Source of the DNA: Phoronis australis
Taxonomy: Eukaryota; Animalia; Phoronida
NCBI GenBank assembly: GCA_002633005.1
Contig: NMRA01000709.1
Location: 78,037-142,036, forward strand
DNA: 64,000 nucleotides
Direction of reading: 5' to 3'
Below, piece after piece: positions 25,180 through 37,600 of this stretch (within the stretch, counting starts at the first letter, position 1; the number at the start of each line of letters is the position of its first letter). A program made the translations under genes and the position numbers. The notes under the pieces were generated by a model. The model saw only the letters and a list, made by a program, of their open reading frames with translations, ran no database searches and was not told the DNA's origin.

Positions 25180-26716
25180 ATCATCCCAACCGAGATCAGT
25201 ACATTCAGTATGAACAGCAATGGAAGCAATATGAGGTGCAGATGGAGAACAAGAGGAAGGAGATAGATGGCAAGAAGAATAAGATTCTGGAAGTGGAAGA
25301 GCAGAAAGAACAGAACACATCTCAGGTGGCTGGATGGAGCAGTGTTGGCAGTGCTGTTGAAAATGCCAGTGGTAAAGAGCCCAGTTGGGGGTATGCAGCT
25401 CCACGAGGACCCCAGGCAAATGCACCTCGTCCACATCATGAGAGTCCTCAAGCGTGCTTTGAAGCATCTAATCAAGGTCCTCGTTTTCCTGGCCCACATG
25501 ACAGCCGGTTTGAGGGTCCGCGTTCATTCAATAACGGCTCAGACGGTAGCCAAGGGCATTCACAGTTTGGGCCCAGAGGTCAGATAGGTGGACCTCGCGG
25601 GCCACGGCCAGGAATAGCTGGAACTACTAGTGCTGGTGACGCAGGTGAGGATGTGAAAGGTCCTCCTTCCTTGTTCGATTCACCAAGTCAGAAGCCTTTG
25701 GGAGGTCCACGAAATCAAACACCTAGTTCTGGGCCTGGGGGTTCAAGACCTGGCATGGAGCAAAGAGGGCTGAGGCCAGGGATGCAGCCACGAGGAATTA
25801 GACCTAGTGTGGACCCAAGAGGCTTTCGTCCTGGAATGGAGCCAAGAGGGCCCAGGTCATTGTTAGGGCCTCACGGACTCCGTCCAGGTGTTGAAAATAG
25901 GATGACCATACCTGGCATGGAGCCTGGGGGGCCTAGACCACCAGGTATGCAGCAAAGGGACCAAATACTTGGTATGGAACCTAGAGGTCCCAGACCAGGG
26001 ACTGAACCCAGAGAACCTAGATCTGGCATGGAGCCAAGAGGTCCTAGACCTGGCATGGAGCAAATGAGTTCTAGGCCTTTGATTGAGCCAAGAGGTCCTA
26101 GACCTGGCCTGGAGCCACGAGGCCCAAGGCCTTTGATGGTGCCAAGAGGCCCTAGACTTGGCCTCGAGCCAAGAGGCCCTAGACCTGGGCTTGAGCCAAG
26201 AGGTCCACGGCCTTTGATGGAGCCAAGAGGTCCTAAACCTGGCATGGAACCAAGAGGTCCTAGGTCGGTGATGGAGCAGAGAGGTCTTAGGCCAGGGATG
26301 GAGCAGAGAGGTCTTAGGCCGGGGATGACGCATAGAGGTCCCAGGCCATTGATGGAGCATAGAGGTCCTAGGCCCAGGATGGAGCATAGAGGTCCTAGGC
26401 CGGGGATGGAACAGAGAGGTCCTAGGCCAGGAATGAACCTGAGAGGACCAAGACCAGCTATTGGGAACAGAGACCTGTGGTCAGGTAGTGAAAATCAAGG
26501 TCCCAGGCCCAAAAGTCCAACTGCAGTTGGTGGCCTGCAGGCAACTGGTGTAGGGCAAAGTAAGCCTATGTCACTGTTTGAAATTGATGTTAAAGAACCT
26601 TCATCAACTGATACTGCAGGTCAAAGTCAGCAAAAAACAGCAAGCAAAACTGAGTCAATGACAACCCAGGCAGAGCAGGACTCAGCAACATCGGATTCCA
26701 ACAGTGCAAGCAATAG
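25180..26716 (+). CDS. YLPM1: YLPM1-like coding exon 3 (large Pro/Arg/Gly-rich exon)
   Basis: tgtttgcag|at cat ccc ... aat ag|gtgtgt, phase 1-2. 1537-nt open frame within ORF 25155-26804. Confidence 0.9.
25740..26460 (+). repeat. Coding 30-nt minisatellite, about 22-24 units of GPRPGMEPR(G)
   Basis: 10-aa periodicity in the translation, with synonymous variation between units. Confidence 0.9.
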
Positions 26717-27446
26717 GTGTGTATTGAGAATGAGAATCTTGCTTTTGTTTTATAACTGTATTTTGTCTTATGAAATAGTTTTTGGTATTTTTGATTGTAT
26801 TTAAAGTTGTGAATGTTATTTCCTGTTGAGGAATGTCCTTTTAGTCAGTTCATATTGCAGAAATTTCACTTCTATTGCAACTTTCTGTGTTCCAAAGTGG
26901 AGGAGACTATCCTAGTGTGAGGACTTTGTACTGAACACTTCTCAAAGAATTTCTGAATGTAGTGAAAATATTCCAAGCCCCTGGTGTTAGCAAAATATTT
27001 GCATCAAAGTAGAAAGGAGCCCCTGAAAAAGAAAGATCATGTCAAATTCAGTTGTTTTATGGTCACATCTGCTGCAGTGGAGCTGGACATTATTTGTGAA
27101 ACTCAAAAGGGTGTTGCAGTTGTGCAAACTAATTGCCTGACCTGACCACAAGCTACCATTGTTGTTCTGTGTCTTTATTCATATAAATTAACAATTATTT
27201 AAGTTTCATTCCGTCAGGCATGTAAGTTGCAGTAAGTTAAGATTCAATAGACTGCAAGGTAAAAATCGCATTTTGGTGACTAAAAGTCAAAATCTATTTT
27301 GGGCTTTTATCCTCGTAATAACCCTTACTGTGATGCTATTCCATTACCATTATCAGCATAAGTTGAGTGCACTGCATACAAGTGCCAGTTTGCAATTTTA
27401 GGGTTGGCCAACCCTAGTATCTGTAATACAATCCTTTCACAGGTAG

Positions 27447-28189
27447 AGGAGAATGCCACAGAAACAGCATATTTTGTATCCATTTAGATCGAGTACTTTG
27501 ACTCGATAATAGCAAGTTCAGTTCTTCTACCTGACACCAGACGGCTGACGGAGATGCTGAAATTAGCCAATGATGTTATAGGTTCACACAGACTCTGCTC
27601 AGCAGTTCTCAAGACGCTTCCTGGTGTCAGCTTGTCGCTTAATTTCATCGTTTTATGCCAATAATCATCAAAATTTGATGTAAAACCCTAACAAATACCG
27701 TTTTTTACTTTGATTCATAGAAATTTTGAACGCACCATAGCCTACAAAGTTCGGTAAGCTAACTTACCGAGGTCTGTCGTGGGAAGTTTGGAGTCTGTTG
27801 GGTGTAAAAATTAGAATAGAGACAGGAGAGCATAGCCATGTGTTGTAAGTTTAGACTTGCGAATTTTTTCAATTCTAAATACAAAATGCTCTTTATAACC
27901 CAGTGCCTCAGTACCCGATCACGCCCGTTAATCGCGACCAGCGAACTGGAGACATTACAAACATAATTCAGCAAAGTTAGTTGGGTGCGAAAGTTGAAAA
28001 CTTAACTTCCAGTCAAGAAGACTAGACTAGTGAACTAAAGAAATAATGTGCACATGAATATTTTTGTGAATTCGCTGTGAAATTGCAAATCTAATGGTTG
28101 ATGGGGCCCCGAAGCCAGGTTCCCCTCTCTGCAGAACCGTCCAGTGAAAAGGTTTACAATAACAGTGATTTGAATAATGTATATATATA

Positions 28190-28224
<35 letters not shown>

Positions 28225-28833
28225 ATATATATATTCTAAAAATTCCCCTAACATCTGACCATAGCATATAGAATCAAGTTATTGTTTCAGAACAGCTTTC
28301 TGGCAGCAAACACTGAATTAGCTTGCGCTCACAAGGGGGTCAATTACTTTTACTGTATGAGTTATACATTGTTGACTTATCAATACATTTGCTCTCACAA
28401 ATATTCCTAAGGCATTAGAAATTGTTTCCTCTCAGATAGACTTTGACACTTTGTTTCACTTTTTAAATAAACATTGGTTAGGGATTTTGAAACAGAACAA
28501 TGCCAGCCACAGACATGGAGGTACTTAATGGCCTCATGCAGCGTACTTTTCATTCTATACTGCCAATTTCCACTTGCGAAGCATTTCGTATTCTCGAAGA
28601 AATCGAAAAAACAATATACCCGCTTTCCTCGCAGCTTCATGCTTCGCACAAGTGGGAACGATGCGCCACGCCATAACAGCACACTCTAAGCTGAAGAACT
28701 GCTGACGTCGCTGCATTGTGTACACAACTTCCTCACAGATTAACACGACACCTTTCAGCTGTATACTAGGTGATGTGGACATAGTCCATTTAAGATGGTA
28801 ATAAAACCTAATTAGCTCGGGTGGCATTCTCCT
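27447..28833 (-). mobile_element. Kolobok-type MITE family K, copy 1
   Basis: TIRs AGGAGAATGCCAC / GTGGCATTCTCCT|TTAA; the left TSD is degenerate. Inverted homolog of 58533-60156. Confidence 0.8.
28180..28233. repeat. (TA)n/(TATATG)n microsatellite
   Basis: Read directly from the sequence. Confidence 0.95.
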
Positions 28834-28971
28834 TTAAGGGTTTTATGGGAGTAAAAGGGCAAATGTTGTTTAATTTTTAACAGGCTGGACAGGATGATAT
28901 ACAGCTTAATCTAGTAAAGTCTTTTCTTAACACATGATTTAGTTGTGAATAATTTGTTTATTACATTGCAG

Positions 28972-29026
28972 CACAACTAAGTTAGAAGGGAAGGACACAA
29001 GACCTGCAAAACCTGAAGAAAAAGCG
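28972..29026 (+). CDS. YLPM1: YLPM1-like coding exon 4
   Basis: cattgcag|c aca ... aaa gcg|gtatca, phase 2-0, translation (S)TTKLEGKDTRPAKPEEKA. It bridges the phases of exons 3 and 5. Confidence 0.7.
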
Positions 29027-29329
29027 GTATCAATTGTTTTGTCATTGACTTGATGTGCCATTTATTAACCTGAACATAATGTGAAGCTTTCATCAGATTT
29101 AGTCGGCTAATAACGTAAATCCGTTAATATTGTAGACTGTAAATTATTTTAAAATCTGTTGGGGTTCAAATCGAGCTGGTTGTCTTGAAATCGATTCATC
29201 GTGAAACTCGTGGTGTTTTCTAATCGATTTATCTACAGTACTTGCCAGAGGTATTCCGACAAAACAACCTGTCCTGATGACTGCGCTGAGGGTGAATTCA
29301 TCGTCCGAATAGGTTTCACTCATGATGGA

Positions 29330-31110
29330 GAGTGAAGTCCAATTAACAGGAAAGATAGAAAGCTGGCTTAGCCATTCTGTAATTAGAATTTATCGTCAGT
29401 AGTCTTCTGTCAGAACACGAATTAACAAGAAAGTTAGGTAGGTTGCTAAGGTATTCTATAATTAGAATTCATTGTCGGACTAATCTTCCCTAATGACTGA
29501 GACTGAAGAAGAATTAACAGGAAAGGTAGATAGGTCTCTAAGCTATTTTGTAATTAGAATTCTTATTTCATTGCTGGACTAAGCTTCCCTAATGACTGAG
29601 ATTGAAGACGAATCAACAGGAAAGATAGACAGGTTGCCGCTAAGCTATTCTGTAATTATGCGCCCACATATTTATATGTGGACGCATTATGCCGTCATCT
29701 CTGTCCGTCCGTCCGTCCGTCCGGGCGGCGTCCGTCCGGCGTCCGGCGTCTGGCGTCCGGCGTCCGCTGCTCTATCTCCAAAACCCTTTGACATACGTTC
29801 ATGAAATTTGGCACATATGTTCCATTTATGAATGGGACGGCATATGCGAACTTTCGGACGGATTCGACTACCGGTGTGCCCCCTAGTGGCAATTTTAGTT
29901 TTTTACGCTTACCTTTGTATCTTCAAAAGTCCTGAACGGATTTTCATGAAATTTGGTATGTAGGCACCTATTAGTGAGATGACGCTATCCTACTGTTTTC
30001 AGATGGATTCGACGTAGTTTGCGCCACCTAGTGGCCATTTTTACTGTTTTCGAGTCTGTATTTTTGCGTCCACCCCTCTATCAACCAAACCGCTCAAAGG
30101 ATGATTGTGAAAATTGGCGTGTATGTGCTTACTATAAGGAAGACAGCTGACAATGATTTTCAGACGATTTGGACTACTGTGGCGCCTCCTAGTGGCAGTT
30201 TTGTTTTTTTGCGCCCATGGCTGTATCTCCCAAACCGTTTGCAGGATCTTTACTAAATTTAGCAAGTGTATTTATGTGATGTTGACAACGGACGATGACG
30301 ACTTTAGGATGATTCTGATTACCGGTATGCCTCTAGTGGCAATTTTAGTATTTGCCTCTAGTGGCAATTTTAGTATTTTACATTGACCTCTGTATTTTCA
30401 TAGGTCTTTAGGTGTATACTTTGTGTTACTTCGTGACTGTGAAGGAAAAGTTCCAAGTAGAAATTTGTTTCTGGCATTCTAATGCTGTGCTAATCTCGTA
30501 TGTTGGTAAATTTGTTTTTAATTCTATGTTTCTGTGGTGCTTTAAGCAACTGGTGTATAGGATGTGCTTGTATTATGAAGATTACTCACATTTTGCCCCT
30601 AGCCTATTGAGGAGACAATGACCATGCCTTTCCATTTTGCAAAGTATGCCCTCTACTGGCCACTTTATGGTACCAATAAACAACCCTAGAAGGATACCGT
30701 ATGCGGTGCAATTGTGGGCGCATTTCAACGCTCCGCGTTGCTCTTGTTAGAATTTATTGTCAGACTAATCTTCCCTGACTGAGATTGAAGACGAGTCAAC
30801 AGGAAAGGTAGATAGGTCTCTAATCTATTCTGTAATTAGAATTCTTATTTCATTGTTGGACTAAGCTTCCCTAATGACTGAGATTGAAGACGAATCAACA
30901 GGAAAGATAGATAGGTTTCTAAGCTATTCTGTAATTAGAATTAATTGTCAGAGTAATCTCTAATGACAGATTGAAGATGAATGAACAGGAAAGATAGGTT
31001 GCTAAGCTGTTCTGTAATTAGGATTCCTTATCGGACTAATTTTCCCTAATGACTGAGATTGAAGACGAATGAACAGGAAAGGTATTAGATGATAGGTCAA
31101 CAGGAAAGAT
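29330..31110. repeat. Tandem array of ~80-95 bp units, about 8 copies, interrupted by 29656-30748
   Basis: Unit gactgagattgaagacgaatcaacaggaaagatagataggt..taagctattctgtaattagaatt..ggactaatcttccctaat. Confidence 0.85.
29656..30748 (+). mobile_element. Helentron/DINE-like (HINE) element
   Basis: SubTIRs atgcgcccaca / tgtgggcgcat, a (GTCC)n tract, a 3' hairpin caacgc..gcgttg then ctcttgtt. Inserted at TT of tgtaatt|agaatt. Confidence 0.85.
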
Positions 31111-31339
31111 AGGAAGATGGCTAAGCCGATATAGTCATTAACAGCCATTTTGTTGTTAAGGATATCTCAAACCTTATTCACAGAAACTGACTTTTCACAT
31201 TTTATGCTCCTCTAGCAAAATACCGTCATTCTGGGGAAACATCAAATACGAAATATATACCATGTAGAGACTTGATTTCTAATTTCTATATATTATGTAT
31301 ATGTATATGTATATGTATGGCGGTTGAGTGTCATAACAC

Positions 31340-32115
31340 AGAATAGGTTAATTTGCTATAAGAGCTTGAATTATGAGCATTTTAGAAAAAGATGGATTAT
31401 CCATAATGATGTTAAGACCGTTAAGCCAGTAGATAGCTTTTCATTAATTATATATTACCAAAAGCATAAAACTAAAGATCTTGTTGTTAACATCATTATG
31501 TGCTCTAAGCCAAAACTGACTTGATTTATCAGTTCAATTGCTCCCACAATGAATGTATTCGTTCGAACACTAATTGCTCAAGGTATTTGGTTATACAAGT
31601 TGCACTTTAGCTCGCGGGTTATCTATGCATTTTCAAAATGGATCAATTAAAGATCACTTTCAAACACTCCACAAACACAAAATTTCTCGTTCAGATAGTG
31701 GTTGACAATACCATCGTCAGGTATTTCGAACGTGACTCCTTTCGTTTGAAAATACTCGAAGCTTTAATAATAAAAACTGAAACTCCTGACATAAATTCCC
31801 AAGATACTAGGTTCCATCGTACCTTGTCGTTATATAAATAATGTCCATAAGTTGTAACAGATATGTATTTTTTATTAAATCATCAAGAGATAATGCAGTG
31901 GCCACCTAGGTAGGCCCAGCAACAAGTAATGTTGGGCCTAGCTAGGTGGCCGCTGCATTCTCTCTTCTGATGATGGTGTTTGAATAAATGACACCGAAAC
32001 ATGTTGACTTAAAACCGTTGTTGTGTTCTTTAATATATGCTGCTACTTGCTATCATGGAGATGTTACAATTATCTTGACATTTTCGGGAGATGAGGAACT
32101 CGAGAAGTAAAGCTT
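31340..32115 (+). mobile_element. 5'-truncated Penelope-like retroelement (Naiad-like): GIY-YIG endonuclease remnant and 3' pseudo-LTR
   Basis: LIIYYQKHKTKDLV / IYQFNCSHNEC..YxGYTSCTLARGLSMHFQNGSIKDH / RLKILEALIIKTETPDINSQ, with a stop at 31841 and a hammerhead core downstream. Confidence 0.8.
31960..32010 (+). ncRNA. Minimal type I hammerhead ribozyme motif, possibly degenerate
   Basis: CTGATGA(T)-GGTGTT...GACACC-GAAAC-AT-GTT gives the core boxes, stem II and a short palindromic stem III typical of Penelope elements. Stem I is weak. Confidence 0.6.
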
Positions 32116-32765
32116 AATAATTTTCAAATGTATCAAAGAAATATGATAAGACTATTGTATTGAAACTGAGAAAATTAATAACAATTACAGAACACTCAGA
32201 ATTCCACGCTATACTCTTGTAGTTGTAATGACAGCAGGCGATGATGTAGTTGCTGGGGTGGTCTATGCCAATACGGAGCAGTGAATCAGCGCAACTTTGC
32301 GTGGTTTTGCATTTCACATCATAAATAGTTCCATAGTAACTCTAGTATGAGTGTCAGATTTGAGTACGTTTGGAGTCTACTCGAAATGCGACATCAGATA
32401 CTCTTTTTTGAGTACGACTCCAGTGAGCACGATTTTGAGTATGAGACCGGGCCCTGATTATTCTAGAAGACAGCACAGCATCTGACTTTTGCAATGTAGA
32501 CAGGAGACAATGCGACTTAAGTCAATCAGAGTCAATCTACTCAAAGTAGGCCTATAGCAAACGTAATTGTATACTTGTTATTAATCAATAAAACATTGCA
32601 AATACCAAAACATGCTTTTTCGAACATAATCGTGAAGTGTTCTAAGAAGTTTGTCTACAGTGTCACAAGTACTGCTACCTCTTTCATGTGTTCACTAAGT
32701 ACAAAAGTGATACAACAGAGTAAAGCTTTTCCTTGTCTATTCAATTTGTCCATTTTGCCTCACAG

Positions 32766-32939
32766 ACTCTGTCCGAGAAGGAGCATGATATCATCAAGAA
32801 AGCGGCAGAAGAATTGAAGATGATTCGTCAGCAGAAAGAGAATCTGTCCACTCTTAAGAAAATTCAGGACGAGGTGAAGAAAGTGTCTGAGAGTGGAATG
32901 GACAGTCAAGATGCTACGTATGGAGGTGAAACTCAGCAG
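32766..32939 (+). CDS. YLPM1: YLPM1-like coding exon 5
   Basis: cctcacag|act ... cag|gtaggg, phase 0-0, translation TLSEKEHDIIKKAAEELKMIRQQKENL... (coiled-coil-like). An alternative in-frame donor lies at 32978. Confidence 0.8.
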
Positions 32940-33788
32940 GTAGGGGAGTTGGATGCTTCCAGGTCAATGAGGGTCAAGGTAACATGCAAGGTTGTGGAGT
33001 TGGGTACTTAGGCCTACAGGTCAAAGGTCAGTGTATGGGGATAGAGCTAGCCAGCAGAGCTGCATCCTGTAAATGCAAGACACCCTGAGCAAAGGTAGTG
33101 TGATCACGTGCTTCACTTCTAATGCATGACAATATCTTGCGGAAAATTCCATGGTCTTGCATAGGCATGTTTTAAATATACTTTCACTACCATTTGGACA
33201 ATCATATGTCCCTGAGACTATGAAAACTGAGTTGAACAAGCCATAAATAGACATGCACACACATTAAGAGATTCATTCCTATCGAGTACCTAGATACGTT
33301 AAAAATGCCATTACTGTCAATGAGGCAATGTCTTGGAAACGGTGAATCCCAAACAGATTTATAAGCAAGTTTGTCTCAAAAGTGCTCGTCATTACCTTTC
33401 ACCAGCCAATATACCTCACACTAAGAGTCACTGGAACTATTGATCAGAAAGTTGACCCATGTTGTATTAAAGTGATCCCTTTTGTGCTAATGATTGGAGA
33501 TTTCAAGATAATTATGTGAGCTGGCGGTGACCATTTGTGTTTTCAATATCTGTCTTCTAAAGTTATCTCTGTCTGTTGAATACACTAGAACATTATCAAC
33601 AAGAAAAGTTTATGTATTTGAAGAGTATCATTATTTTGTTTTTCACATTTAGTTTAAACGTTTTAACTCAAAAGTTTATATGCCAAAGTTTTTGTTAGCA
33701 TGCTTGAAAAATGATCTAAACAATCAAATCCAGAAGTTGGCAAACTCTAAATTTTAAACTGTACGTTATACTTGGTTATTTATTATAG

Positions 33789-33950
33789 CCTGGTAGAGAA
33801 GACTATGATGATGACGAGCAGTACTATGATGAGTCACATGGCTATGAGGACTATGGTGACAACCAGTACGATGAGTACCAGGGTGGTGACTATTTTGCCA
33901 TGGAAGACGAGCTACATCATCCAGCTGAGGACTTCTTCATAAAGGGCATA
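33789..33950 (+). CDS. YLPM1: YLPM1-like coding exon 6 (Asp/Tyr-rich)
   Basis: tattatag|cct ... ata|gtgagt, phase 0-0, translation PGREDYDDDEQYYDESHGYEDYGDNQYDEYQGGDYFAMEDELHHPAEDFFIKGI. Absent from the ORF track. Confidence 0.8.
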
Positions 33951-34673
33951 GTGAGTGACCTCAATGCTAACTGCAATTTTTATATGCCTCCAAAGCATTT
34001 TGTGGTGGCATATAGTTAAGGTTTTCGACTTCTGTGGTTACCTTTTCTTGTTGGTTGATTTCCGAAAACCATTTGATGGATCATGATGAAATTTGACACG
34101 AAGTTATGTGATGAGAATGTACTGGCTTCACTCGATTTTCAGACAGATCCATTCTCCGTGGAAATTGTTGTTGGCTGGTTTTCGATAAGAATTAGTTTGG
34201 CAGTTTTTGGCAACAAATATCAGTCTTTGACCATATTGTTATGAAAACTCATATAAAAAGGAATCGATTGAGTTTTAGTTTGGGCTTGAAGGTGGTAACT
34301 AGTCTGCAAAATCGCTTAAAATATTGCTCCTAGCCATACAACAAGGCTTTGAATTTTCCGCGGAGACGTGGCTTTCCACTTTTTGCTCTTATTCCCTCCG
34401 CACATTTTTGTTATATTTCCGCAAAAAAAATCGGATTTGTCATAAAATTTTAGCCATAAATTGATTTCTAACAACGGCCTTGTCGACGACTTGAAAAGCG
34501 GAAACTGCTCTTTATGTTTTGGAGGAATGAAAATCGTATTTGCCTGGGCACCTGGGATTGCGTGGTTCAACAATGGCGTCTGCATATGGTATTATTCGCG
34601 GTGACAAATAGTGCGTTTCTGCGTCCAAAAATGCGTGGAGCTTGGAGTAGACAGAATATTTCGTGGAAAATAG

Positions 34674-37600
34674 TATGAGTGTTGGCAAGTCACAAGAGGA
34701 GTTAATATCTTTTAAGAGTGCTTTATTGAGAGACGTGAAACATTTCTAATTGACATTCTCACAGTTCTTCTCTGTTTCAGTTCTAAAAATAAAAAAACAA
34801 AATACATAGGAAACCTCACAGATACAGACCAAATACAAATTCGGAAATACCAAATACAAAAGTACCATAAAAAATACCTCAATACTGCCGCTCCCTGGCT
34901 CTCCTCACTGACGCCAAATATGCACAGCGACAATGTGAGTAAATCGAGTCAGTGCACAACACTTCATACTCAAATGAGGGTCAGGTCACATGCAAATTAC
35001 ATTCAGTCTATTCAGCCATGAATATACACGTGACCATAAGCCACCCGGAGCAAACAAACGTGAAGTATCTTGCACCGGCCCCCAAAGACTGACCCAAGTC
35101 TTTTACAAAAATAAACACCAAATACAAATCGTACTGTTACAAAACTACTTAACAACTTTAACTCCAGTAACTCAATATACACTTCAAATATCAGACTTCC
35201 TGTCCAACAAACAAACCTTATGAATGTCTCTCAGAAAAAAACCCTTACTTGTTCTAATTCTAACCTTACGATTCTGACCGTGAACATCAGGGAATGTTTC
35301 TTCAACAACACCCATAGGCCAGTTACCATGCGAGACATTATCGTCAACAATCAGAACAATAACATCCTCAGCAATATTAGCACGAGGAGATAACTATTTT
35401 TGACGTTCCTGCATAGAGGACAAATACTCACGAACCCATCGTTTCCAAAAGGAATTCGCAAGACATTGAACTTGACGCCATTGTTTTTGAGCATAATTCA
35501 TACTACTCGGAATCGACAAAGGTTTACAACAGTTCAATCGTTGCAAAATCAACTTGTTAGGTGTCAATACCTCAGGATCATTAAGATCATCACTAATAAC
35601 AGTTAATGGACGACCGTTGAGAATCTTCTCAACCTCAGCCATAAACGTAACCAGTAACTCATCACTGACAATCTGTTCCTTCATAAGAGCGCGCAAAATC
35701 TTACGAATTGACCGAATCATCCGTTCCCACACTCCACCTGTATGACTAGCTGCAGGTGGATTGAAATTCCACTGAATAGCATGCTTTAACAAATAATCAT
35801 TAACCTTATCCTGATTCATCAGTGCAATCTCACGCTTAAGCTCCGCATCTGCACCTCTGAAATTGGTACCGTTATCACTGTAAATAATCTCAGGCAAACC
35901 CCTACGACTGATAAATCTAGTCAGTGCGCACAAGAAAGAATCAGTACTCAAACTATGACAACTCTCAAACTCAAATCAGTGAAAATACAACCAAAACGCT
36001 TAGCTCTAGCCCTTCCAACCTTTACCATAAAAGGACCAAAATAGTCTATACCAATATATGCAAATGGTGGCTTAAACGGTGACACTATCCTTAGGCAAAG
36101 AACCCATAATCTGTTCACCAGGACGTGCATTACGTTTGCGACAGTCAAAACATTTGCCAACAATGCGTTTAACTGCAGAACGGCCTTGCAAAATCCAAAA
36201 TGTCTGCCAAATAGCAGTCAAAACCATATTGACTCCTGAATGACCTTCCTGTTCATGACAGAAGGAAATGACAAGATTAGTTACATAATGCTTATTCAGC
36301 AAAATCACAGGATGTCTAGCATCAAAACACACATCAGCATTTTCAATACGACCACCCACACGTAATATACCTTCTACCAACATAGGATTCAGTTTACGCA
36401 GGGAACTAGATCTACCAATAAGCTTTTTCAATCATTTAACCTGTTGTTGCTGAACATCACCAGACTCAATCTCCAACAACTGAGACAACTGTTGAGAAAA
36501 TACCTGTGATTGTACATGCTTAACAATGATCTCAGAAGCCCTCCGGATTTCAGCAACCTTAAGGTGGCCAGAAGGACAAACAGTGTCCGTACCAGTACAG
36601 CGGAGATACACCTTAAAACGCAATAACCAAGCAACACTTTTCAACAGCTTGTACCACGATGAATAACGCTTAAACAATCAATCTAGAGGATGATCAACAG
36701 CACAATCAAAACCAGTAGAAAACACTTTAACCTCTTTCCTAAGTTCTGAATCATTCTCTGGAATATCGCTCAGTTCACTTGGAGTAAGTGGCCAGCAACT
36801 AGGATCAAGCCACAAAAAGTCTGGTCTTCTCAACCACTGCTGAATCTTATCCTGTTCAAACACTTTCAACCCACGAGATGCGTAGTCTGCAGGATTCAAA
36901 CTACTGCCAAAGAGTCTCCACTGAGAAACCTCAGTATGCTCACGAATCAATAATAAACGGTCAGCAACAAAGACCTAAAACCTAGACTTCGTATTTCTGA
37001 TATACTGTAACACAATGGTAGAATCAGTCCAAAAGACAATATCATCAATCTCAAACTGTATCACATCTCTAACAAAACAAGAGATCTTCACAGCTAAAGC
37101 CGCAGCAGATAATCCTAACCTGTGGATAGTCAAACCTTTCGAAGGAGCAACACGCGACTTTCCTAAGACGATAGAACAGAAAACATTACCACAATCGTTC
37201 ACCAACCGTAAGTAAGTCACAACGCCATACCCTACTTCCGAAGCATCTGAGAAGCAATGTAATTGAACAAAGTAACTCTCACCGAATCCAACAGGTTTAA
37301 AGCAGCGAGGAACATCAATAACACTCAACCTAGAAAAACCGTCTAACCAACCTCTCCACTGCAACAACATATCGTCAGGTATCAATTCATCCCATCCGAG
37401 TTTCATTACACACAATTTGTGCGAAATCAGTTTACCCGGCAAAATGAATGGAGAAGCCATACCTAGGGGATCATACATAGAGCTTACTACTGACATGATA
37501 CCTCTTCTTGTAGAAGGAATAGACTTCTCTACAACACGGAAACTAAATATGTCGCTATCAACATTCCACCGAACAACAAGAGCATATTCAATCGGCAATT

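Noticed and set aside
25035-26387. Antisense ORFs over exon 3
   Set aside because: They are shadow frames of a stop-poor, GC-rich repeat.
25155-26804. 549-aa ORF as a single-exon gene
   Set aside because: Both ends are intronic read-through. Splice sites at 25180 and 26716 fit the phases of the neighbouring exons.
29274-29300. Second hammerhead core (CTGATGA)
   Set aside because: No stem II followed by GAAA.
31965-32000. SECIS element (some Naiad elements encode selenoproteins)
   Set aside because: The AUGA-to-AA spacing is too short, the stem is better explained as hammerhead stem II, and the endonuclease cysteines use TGT/TGC.
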